Shown one piece after another: positions 53,226 through 64,000 of a DNA stretch of 64,000 nt. The DNA lies in the NCBI RefSeq assembly GCF_009914755.1, contig NC_060925.1; one strand, written 5' to 3'. This DNA is from the human T2T-CHM13v2.0 reference genome, Homo sapiens. The translations under genes and the position numbers were made by a program. Within the stretch, counting starts at the first letter, position 1. The number at the start of each line of letters is the position of its first letter. Under the pieces are notes generated by a model, which searched no databases, was not told the origin of the DNA, and saw only the letters and a list, made by a program, of their open reading frames with translations.

Positions 53226-56200
53226 TTATACTCTTGCAGCTTTCAGTGAAGAGCTTAAGCACCAACTCCACCATTTAGCTTCTCAAACTCTAAGAACTTT
53301 ATCACAGAACAACTTGAAAACTCTTGACAGATCATGAAGGTGATTTTAAGTAAGATAGGAGGAATTACTTCAAGAACATAATTTAATTACTTTGTATGAA
53401 GCAGAAAACAATAAAAGAGATAAAGAATCCAGAATGTGTGAACTTTATACATCTTTGAAGTAATAGGATATAATTTGGAAAATAGAAAAGTGAAGAAATA
53501 GGCTGAACACTGGAAATACTTCTGAAACTTACCAACTTGATAAATAAATTGGTTACAAGGAAAACAGTCAATGACTTCTCACTTGCAATGCCTAAATCTG
53601 TTTTTACTAAGCTACAAAGTGATGGACCTCAAGGACAATGACATTTTGGCAATAAAAACAAACTATCAGATGCATTTTCAACAATTTAGTTTCCATTTTC
53701 TATTTCCACAATTTACTGTGATATAGCTGATCTGATGAAAAAAGAAACAACTCTTCAATATAGATCAAATGTTTCTGTGTGAAATATTTCACGCAAGTTA
53801 AACTATCCAAGACCAATATTGTCACATTTAGATAATTTTCTTCAGATGCTGAACGTTTTGTAATTATTAGCCATGAAAATTTGGGATATAGACTTTGCTT
53901 TAATACAGTACATTGTCTCAAGTTGGGCCAAACTGCTTTACAAATTAATGAGGTATATATCGGCGGTGTAGTGATTTCAGTAGGCAAACACAGAATCTAT
54001 TAAGTACTCAATAATACCCTTTATAGATCCTCAAACGTTAAAATCTATTTTATAGCAACACTTCCAAAATGTGTCACAGGGTTTTTAATGCTCTGTGCCA
54101 CCAGAGACAGAAATGAAGACCCTTATTTTAACATTTAACCTGAAAGGACACCTCCATCTGCCCTCCCTCTCTCTGCCCTTCCCCCATTATTACACTGTCT
54201 GAATTAGGTATGAGGCAAAATTCTGGTGTGGGAATTCTACTCAAATATCTAGTTGAATAGCGTCAGGCTCTCCTGACCTTCTAACCCTCTCTTTTGTCCA
54301 AACCTCCTGAGAATCAAGCATGTGTCACACAATAACTAGCTTCCCCTTGAATAGCATTATTGGAGAAGAGAAAAAAAGTCCTTGCCCAGGACTTGACTAT
54401 ATTCTGCCATGAACAAGTTACATGGCTATTTAAAGTTATAAAGCAACAGACTTCCATACATTTCACTTCACGAGTTTAAGTATAACCATTATTTTCTCAA
54501 ATGAATTGAATGTTCATGTAAGACAAGAGCATCTGTCCAAAATGTGTCTTCAGATTGAGAAGGGAATAAAACAAGTAAATGTCAGGGAATAATACCTTTT
54601 CTAAAAATTGGGATTGTTTTAACGGCTGTCCTTCAGTGCTCACTTTAAAGCAATACTTAAGGATCTTCTCTTTCCAGATTTCCTCTTTTGCTGGAAACCC
54701 ATGAATTGCATATGTTTTGGTGATGCTGCTTTTCAGTTGTTGCTGCTAGTAACCAACTAACTTTACTGTTTTTGTTGTTTGGTAGGTTTTTTTAAAGAAA
54801 AATTTCCACTCTTTGTATATGAATATTATGACTTGGAAGGAAAATTACAAATACATAAGGGAATTCCAAGACTCGGAAGATGAATTTTTGTTGTGAACAC
54901 AGTGAACAAGAAAACATATCACTTTTAACATAAAAGCAGCTTTCTACACATGCCATAAGGCATTTGCACTGGTCCTTGTTCTCAGTGAGACCCAAATGCA
55001 AATGCAGTGTTAACAGAGAAAAATCAAAGAATGACATCGGAGGACAAGCTAGAGCCACAATTTATCTGCATAACACTCAGCAGTCCAATAGCAACTTCTA
55101 AGCTGCTGACACTACTTGCTGAAGCTCTTGACAAGGAAGCTCCTGCTGCTTTTTCTGTGAGGAATTCTTGCCTTTTGTAACTTATCCCGCAGGTCTTTCC
55201 TTGCCTCTCAATAGGTGTTCTTCAAACAGTTAACAGAAAATGGAAACTACTGTATTTAAAGGCAAATCAATTTTAACCTTATATGACAAATTTTCACAAA
55301 GTTATATATGATGGCAGTATAAGAATAAGAATATTAAAAATAGTGACAGAAGGAGAATAAAACCATTAAAGGCACTAAAGGGGCCATTTCTGGAAGAGCT
55401 AGTGTAAGTGAAAAGAGGAAAAGGTTCTTGGATGAAAGTGACTACTTTATCATCGCATGCTTCAGTATAAAAATCTATAAATGCTAAGTTTTCCCACTTT
55501 ACCAATTCCCATATGTGTAACAATAATGTGGGAGCAAAACAAAAAAAGAGTCTTAAGGATGAAATAAAATACTGTGAATACTGTCTAAGCAGTAAATAAA
55601 TAAATGCTGCCACTTTTTAAAAATCTCCTTGTGTTTTAAAACTCAGCTGTTATTTATAATGTAGACAAATGACAGATCACTTTTTAAAGGAAGTAAGGAA
55701 TCAGTCCTTCTATGATGTTGTTGGTTCAGTCTGGCCCAACATACTTTTATCAATAGAATATAATTCTCCACATTTAACTGCTTATATAGCATTTCTTCCA
55801 GAGAAATTAACTAAGCAAGATTTTTCTAATTAAAATAAAACAATTTTTAATTTTTAATCTTGAACTTTATATTTAAGTAGAAACTAATTTTTAACATGGT
55901 ATTTATTAACTTCATAACCTGCTTTCTTTCCCTCACTTATATACTTCCCATTAATTTCTAAAGGAGATTTATATGCTATAAAGATTTACAGCTAATGAAA
56001 CAGAAAGTAAATATACATCTTACTTAAATAATTAGCCCATTTTCTTCAGTACAAATACCAATCACATCCTAATGAGGAAAGTATGCTATTTCTAAATGTA
56101 ATGCAATCTTGCCTCAAACACATTTTTATTTACAGAGGACAGTTTTTCTATACATCTTCCCTTCAGAACCATTGGAAATAATCTAGTTTTTATTTTAAAA

Positions 56201-58039
56201 TATAGCCATGCATTTCTACTAATGCTCAGGTATCAGGTGAACAAAATAATAGTGACTTACATTTACATCTTGCTTCTGAACTGTCAGTACATTTACTAGC
56301 TGTCAGTAAAAGAGAAAAATAAAAAAAACTGACTGTCAGTTTTAAAAGACAGTAAGAAAGAGAAAGTATGCCAGTAAATGTAGAGAAAATAATTTTGAAA
56401 AATATTTTACCTACTTCAGCATGAGTTTTTGTCCTGTGTGAAATGTATAACTACATAATTTGAATTGTTTGATATCTTAAAACCATAGATTCTAGGAAAT
56501 ATGGAAATGTGTGAGGAAAACGTGTTTGCTTTAAAATCATGATTTCCAAGCTAGGTTTAGGCTGATGCAAACAAAACTGCCATTCACCTAGTCAAATAAA
56601 GGGATTCCAAAGCTTTGCAGAGTTATTTGTATAGAGCAGGAGATTTAGGCTCAGATTATTAGATCTATATGTCCCTTAAATTTCCCACCCAGCATCTTAA
56701 AAATTGAACATAACTGAAAAGTTGACAATACAATACCATAATGATGAATGAATCCATACCATAATTGCACCTCTTCTTGAACATAAAACCACATCTTAAG
56801 TGTTTTCCCAATCTAAATATTCAAAAATGGCCGTGACTTTTTAAATTTTATAATGTTTTGGGTTACATGCATTCTACTGTTCAATTAAAACATTTTAGAA
56901 TATGTTATTTAAATTATAATCATCTTAAAAGGCTAATATTCTTGAAATGGATAGTTTCAAACCTAAACTTTGAAGATAACTGATGGACCTAAATAACTTA
57001 AAAAAGATACAGGAATAATAATTTGGTAAATAAATGTGGATATATTTCCTCGGTGTTCATAATCACACACCAAATTTTGAAGGTTTTAAGTTTACTATAG
57101 ATGTAAGCATGCTCCCACCACTTGGGCATTTTCCTGCATTATAGTGTTGCAATTGCTCATCAATAAGACTCCTTAAAATTAATCATTACTCGTCAGATTT
57201 ATTGAAATTAAAACTGGAGGGGTGCAAGTTATTTTTATTAAAATAATTAAATTGAATCATTACAGCATTCTGTCCAGAGATAACAAGTGGACCGACAAGA
57301 ACATCAGCTGTGAATATATTTAAATATAGATTTACACATGCAATATTAGGGAAGGTAAAAACAGGATATGAAATAAACATTAGACATCAACTCTAAGCTC
57401 ACTGTCAAGAATACGCCCAAGCCTCTAACCACAGAGTTCAGCTGAAGGTAACTATCTGTCAAATGTAATCTGTGCAAGTGAATATGCTTAAGCTGGTGCT
57501 ATGAATCAACCAAAATTGCTTTGGTCTTATTGACATTCAATTGCGAGAAGTTGCAGCTCATCCAGTCCAATAGACAGTCTGACAACACCAAGAGTGCTTC
57601 CAGTGACAGAAGGCTTTAAATATAGATGCAACTATCATCAAAATCCACATGGAACTAAACTTTATGATCCTTCATAGCATCTTTTGAAATTGGTCAGTCA
57701 GTCATCAACTGGTCATAGATGCCCCAAGATCTCATCACATTACTTTACCATCTGCCAGCTTACTCAGTTAACAAACCATTATTAATCTTTAAAAAAAATG
57801 AATATAGATTTGATTGACAGGTAAAGTCCTCCTGGATTAGTATAAGAGTTTCTGTTGCATTGCGCTTAACCCCACTTCTTCACTTTGCAGATGTGCCTTT
57901 TATTTTTTCTTCCATTTGAGACTTGCCCCTAGTACATCTTAATAAATAATAACCAGGCATGCATGAAAAAAATCCAGAGGGTCAATTTTAAACAATGCCT
58001 TGCAGATATTTCTTGACATGTATTGAGTTTGCATAAACT

Positions 58040-58160
58040 CTGCATTTTACCAACAAGAGAACTAAGGTGAGTGAGGTTAAGTGACTTGCCTAGGGTTGTT
58101 TCCCCTTGGGCGCTGTGACCTCTCAAGTAGATTCTGCTGGTGCCCATGTGCTTTTGTTCC
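58040..58160 (-). mobile_element. MIR fragment
   Basis: gaggttaagtgacttgcctaggg. Confidence 0.65.
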
Positions 58161-58546
58161 AGGTCTTAATCCTATATTGAACCAACTTTCTATCCATCCC
58201 TCTTTTGTCTGTGCATATTTTCAAACAAGAAACATGTGTTGAGTTCCAAACTGCTTGTGATGCTCTGCTTGCCTCTGTTAAATCTCTCTATGCCTCAGTA
58301 GTCTCATCTGTACCTTCTTAAGGCCATTCATTCAGTGATACATGTAAATAAAACCCTGGACTCAGTAAAGAGCCAATAGACCTAAATGGGTAGATTGATA
58401 CTTGAATTTTTAACATGCTATGTAAGTACTGTCCTGTCCCTCGCAGAGTTTATAGTCCAAAGACAAATTGCACTTTTAAGGATAAATCTTTACATGATGC
58501 AAGGACAAATACAAAACATTCTACATTATTTTAAAAAACCAATCCT

Positions 58547-58847
58547 GGCCAGGTGTGGTGGCTCACACCTGTAATCCCAGCACTTTGGGAAGCTGAGGCA
58601 GGTGGATCACAAGGTCAGGAAATCCCGACCATCCTGACTAACACGGTGAAACCCTGTCTCTACTAAAAATACAAAACAAATTAGCCGGGCATGGTGGCAG
58701 GCGCCTGTAGTCCCGGGAGGCTGAGGCAGGAGAATGGCATGACCCCAAGAGGCAGAGCTTGCAGTGAGCTGAGATCGTGCCACTGCACTCCAGCCTGGAT
58801 GACAGAGCAAGACTCCGTCTCAAAAAAAAAAAAAAAAAAAAAAAAAA
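58547..58847 (+). mobile_element. AluY-like
   Basis: gaccatcctgactaacacggtg and ggagaatggcatga; A26 tail; flanked by aatcc. Confidence 0.92.
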
Positions 58848-60139
58848 TCCAAAGTGTAGCAGTTCCCTGAACTCTCACACTAGGTCTTTCTTAGGAACAT
58901 CCATTGTCTTCTCTCAGGGAATCTCTGTTACTTCCCTTGTACCTTGAACTATGAAGGTACATGAAAATAAACTGTGATACAATGCTGTTTTTTTAAAAAA
59001 AAGTGAGCAGACAAAATTATATATGTTTTAAAGATGTACTATGGTTAATAACATATATAATATGCACATAAAAGCTGAAGGGAATTACATTAATATCAGA
59101 GCAAAATTACTGGAAGGAATTGGTTGGGTCTGTCTTTTTTCTCATTTATTTTCTAAATATTTGAAAATGTTGATTCAAAACCTTTTACGATTTTTTAAAA
59201 CATCTGATTTTATTCAAAAATTACTTTCCAAAAATGTATACTCAATATCACAGTGAGATTTCTTTCTTTCTTATTATGTATAGCTTCTTAAGGATAGACA
59301 CCATGGCTTTACTATCTTCTGTAACCTCAAGATCTCTTAAAAAGTGTTGTATACATAGTAGATATCTATTGTCTTTTACATTAATGAAGTTAAAATGCTT
59401 TAAGCAAAAGGAATTGACTTGCTTACTAGGAAAATGACCATAAAGGTTCTTTTCAACTTTTCACATGTATTATCAGAAGAAACATTGACTAAGCCTGGCT
59501 TTTACACATGATCTTCCATGAAGCATACTATGCACTTATTCGAGTGTGCTACTATTGTGTCAGTAAAGAATCTGGAACAAAAACAATTCTCCTCCAGATG
59601 GAAAAAAGTTACTTAATAACCTTACTTAGTTTTAAAATTAGTTATTTTTCAGCAAATGTATGAATTGAAATTTAATCAAGGAAGTTCCTAAAGTACTAAA
59701 ATTACGTAAAGCAAACATAATTAAATAAGGTACATAAGTAATTTGCATTCTAGGGGCTTGTGGTCGGAACACACAAACTAGGATATAATACCTTAAGGTT
59801 TTAGTTGTTCCAGGTGATTTAGATCACTGGTTATTTCCATGTGGCTTTTTATTATTTATGAACTTAAACTCTTATGACTCTTGATTTTTTTATTTTCTCG
59901 TATATAAAATGGCAATCATTAACATTATTAATGGATCAAAAATAATGTTTGCAAAACACTGAAAATTAAAAAAAATATTATGCAAGTCTTCTCATGCTAT
60001 ACTCCACTCAGTCACGTTCAGCCTATCTCTCCCTGCCAATCACAAGTAAAATCTCAGACCAAACACAAAAAGCAACTACATGAGGATGCTGAAAAGTGAA
60101 TCAAAGCAAACAGATTATGGAGGGGAGCCAGACCTGAAG

Positions 60140-60880
60140 AATTGGAAACTTCTGATCTATAAATGACACTGTTAAAATATTGAGAAGACAAGCTACAAAT
60201 CAGGAAAATATTTGCAAAACAGACATCTGTTTGACAGAGGACTTCTATGCACAAGACATAAAGAGCCATAGAAATTTCATAATAAGAAAAGGGCCAACAT
60301 TTTTTGAAATGGGAAGATTTGAACAAACATTTCACTAAAGAGGATACACACATGGGAGGCAAATAAGCACCTGAAAAGATCCTCAATCATCATCAGTCAC
60401 CGGGGAAAATCATCAATCATTAGAGAAGTGTAAATTAAAACCATAATGAGATACCACTAAACACCTATCAGAAGAAGAGCTAAATAAATAAATGAAGTGG
60501 CCATACCAAGTGCTGGCCAGGATGCAAAACAACTGTAATCTGACATTTTGCTGGTGAGAAGGCAAAATGGTACAGCCACCGTGGAAAAAGTCTGTCAACT
60601 TCTGAGAAACTTTAAACATACACCTACCATGTGGCGCAGCAATCCTTTTCCCAGATATTTATTCAGAAAACAGTTTACGGGTCAATAGAGGGTGGGGATG
60701 GGAAGATGGGAATGACTATAAAAGAGTAGCACAAAGGAATATTCTGAAGTTATAGAACTCTTCTGTGTATTGGTTGGATGGTGGTTATGCAACAGTATAC
60801 ATCCACAAAAACCAATAGAATTGTGCACAAAAAGGTACATTTTGCTTTATATAAGTCATTTTTAATGTATATGTATTTGA
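60140..60880 (+). mobile_element. Old L1M 3' remnants
   Basis: taaattaaaaccataatgagataccact; aaaatggtacagccac. Confidence 0.75.
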
Positions 60881-60971
60881 AAGACAAAAAGCATTATACA
60901 ATATGTGATTATGATTTTATTTGCCCTTTCAAAATCATCACAGGAATGAATAATAAACAGACGTTTCATAG

Positions 60972-61347
<376 letters not shown>

Positions 61348-61973
61348 GGTCCAGTCGTTTTTAACTCTAATCATCTGATGTCACCCCCCAATCACTATGC
61401 CACTCCAAAACACTGTTGAGACTTCTGTCAAATAGTTCCCCTTTTCAAGTCAACAATTTACTAAAATCTTTTTCTTTTCATGCAACCAAAATTATTTTTC
61501 TATCTTAAGCATATTTTTTGAGGCTGACAATTCTATGTTCTTTCTTTGAATCAAAATATTTAACAATCAACCGAATGTTAATTTCTCCAACTTGTATCCT
61601 ACTTTAAGTAAAAATACATCCTTTAAGTAACTTAACATTATTGGGTCTCCTTAATTACAGTGTTCACACTCCAAAAAATATATTTTATCTTTGAAATTCT
61701 TTTAATGCTTTACTTTTTTTAAAAACAATGTCACCAATTCAGAATTCTTATTAGCTACCCTTAGAAATTGCATAAGCCATTTTAGAATTTCATTTTTTGC
61801 CCCTATTTTTCTTATTTCATGCTTTGATAAAATTCTCTCAGTTAAATGTGGTTAACCTTAAATCCAAGCCTCTTCTGTACAGGTATGGTATCACAACTTA
61901 TGCTCCTCAAAACAAAAATGTTTAACTACGCAAATTATAAGGAAATGACATCGCCAAGGATGAGACTGTAAAG

Positions 61974-62209
61974 AAGTTTCTCTCCACCAAGGCTCATGCC
62001 CCTTAGGGGACACTTGGCAATGTCTGCAGACATTTTTGACTATTGCAAGACAGGACGGAAGTAGGCAGAGAGGTGGCAGGTTTGCTACTGGCATCTAGTG
62101 GGTAGAGACCAGAGATTCTTCTGAACATCCTACAATGCACAGGAAAGCCAGGCACAACCAATAATTATCCAGTCCAAAATGTCAGTAGTGCCAAGATTGA
62201 GAAATATTG
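61974..62209 (+). mobile_element. MER20 hAT DNA transposon
   Basis: ggggacacttggcaatgtctgcagacatttttg...tgctactggcatctagtgggtagag...aaaatgtcagtagtgccaag. Confidence 0.9.
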
Positions 62210-63670
62210 CCCCAAATCAATTATCTATTCAAGAAAGTACATATACTAATAAAAATGTAAGCACAAACAAAATCAAAACTCAGGACAATTTCTAGGCATT
62301 TCACTTACACTGTTTCAACTCCTCCACAGCTACATACACATACACTAGTAGAGATGTCCCCTTTTCATTGTCAAGGGGCAGTGACAGTACATTCCTTATC
62401 ACCTGTTATATAATGGCATAACATAGAACCAGTTTAAGAAATATGTAAAAAATCTGTAATCGCAGTAAATACAATATGACTTAAACAGAAAGATATACAA
62501 AAATGAGTCTGAGTACAAAAAAAAATCTTGAATCAAATGCTTACTCATTGCAAATGGACACAATTCTGATATTCAATGTTTGAAGCTTGGCTCAATAACC
62601 AAACCTAATACATTTCTGTTTATACTAAATTTAGAATTCATCAAGAATTTTCTGATTCTGCTTGAAATTATCTAAACTGTGTACTTAGAAATATATATTT
62701 TCCATGGGCGCTTCCACTGTAGCCGTGAGTCACCTAGAGTTTATGCTCAGTTACACTAGTGTTAATGATTTAGGACAGTATATCTAATAGGTTGCGACAA
62801 AAATTAACAACAGCCCATAATTAAAGATGTTAATTAGGATAAGCTTACACTAATTAATAGAAGAATTTATCCTTGGTATTTATTTTAACCATGATCAAGC
62901 ATTACTTATTATTTTAATCATTACACGAACCAGTTACATGTGTTACAAATGAATATCAAACTACATACACAAGAATTTCCAGTCATAAGATCTGCAAAGA
63001 ATTATGGCAATGACTTTTGCATTATGACTCCACATTCCTCAATTCACACAAAAAAAATCAGATACAAACTATGGTGATGGTCATTGTAACATGAAAAAAA
63101 GACAAGTCTTGAATATCCACAAGCAGCTTTTCAACATCTAAAGTTGCCTCAAAAAGACATATCTGCCAAAATTCGTTGAAACTATGTAAAAAAAGTACAA
63201 ATTGTATTATCTCCGCCAGCTCCATCCAATGTTTAATATAAAGCACTAGCAATTTCTCTTCCCCCTGAAGTATTTGTGGTTAGGCAAATTAGCTGAAATG
63301 TTGACACACTAATGCCAAGTGAAATGCTTTCCTTGTATCAAATCTATATTCCTGATTGAGAATTAATCTTCCACTTGCACACCTGAGAAGAATGGCTCTC
63401 CACCAGGAGTGGTAGTTGCAATAATCACAGGCAATAAAGTATGTACCTTGTTAGTCTATCTAGTTATTTTATTCATATCCAGTGTGATATTTAGTAGAGG
63501 AACAATTTCAAACTGCCTTTTAATTTCAATTGTAACAAAATATTTGCTGAAAAGTGTTAAGGGAATCTGCAAATGCTCGTGTATAGGTTTCTTATAGGCA
63601 CTTTACAACTTGCCAATACACTTGACCACTGCTGCAATTTATGCTACATTTTTAAATTGTGAATAGGCCA

Positions 63671-64000
63671 TGTGATGGTTAATATTAATTTGACTGGATT
63701 GAGGGATACCTAGATGGCTGGTAAAGCACTGTTTCTTGATGTATCTATTGCGGTGTTTCCAGAGGAGATTGACATATAAGCCAGTGGACTGAGAGAAAGA
63801 CCTACCCTCAATGTAGGTGGGTACCATCCAATCAGCTGCAGGTGTGTCTACAGTAAAGCAGACAGAAGAAGGGGGATATTCAGCTTGCAGGCTTTTCTTG
63901 CTTTGTGAGCTGCCTCTCTCTTTCTCTTCCAGTGCAGAATGCCCTTTCTTCCTCCTGCCTTTAGACATCAGACTCTAGGTTCTTTAGCCTTTGGACCCTG
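63671..64000 (+). mobile_element. MLT2 (ERVL) LTR, runs off the window edge
   Basis: tgtgatggttaatatt...tgactggattgagggatacctagatggctggtaaagca; accctcaatgtaggtgggtaccatccaatcagctg. Confidence 0.88.

Noticed and set aside
63690-63703. DUX4 site in the MLT2 LTR
   Set aside because: Reads tgactggattga rather than the TGATT-type core, so it is not a convincing match.

Overview
Primate genomic DNA, almost certainly human, from inside the USH2A (usherin) gene, which lies on the minus strand. The only coding sequence I can support is one 133-bp exon at 31304-31436 (-). It encodes VHQTKISFFINGVEKDHTPFNARTLSGSITDFASGTVQIGQSLN(G), which I recognise as USH2A exon 4 (c.652-784, N-terminal LamG-like domain). 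Everything else is intron 4 (1-31303) or intron 3 (31437-64000), densely filled with transposon relics (L1, Alu, L2, MIR, CR1/L3, MaLR/ERVL LTRs, Tigger/MER DNA elements). The main observations are: (i) a ~5.9-kb MER41-type ERV with mRNA structure (R-U5-internal-U3-R-A tail) and a 15-bp L1-type target-site duplication, apparently an L1-retroposed ERV transcript; (ii) that element keeps two intact STAT1 GAS motifs, has ~470 bp of unrelated sequence inside U5 and carries a tRNA-Glu-like relic; (iii) a latent 97-nt poison pseudoexon in a sense-oriented MST internal region; (iv) a ~110-nt hairpin in unique sequence; (v) a diverged ~200-bp direct duplication near exon 4. Repeat subfamily names are by-eye recognition, and the boundaries of old repeats are approximate.
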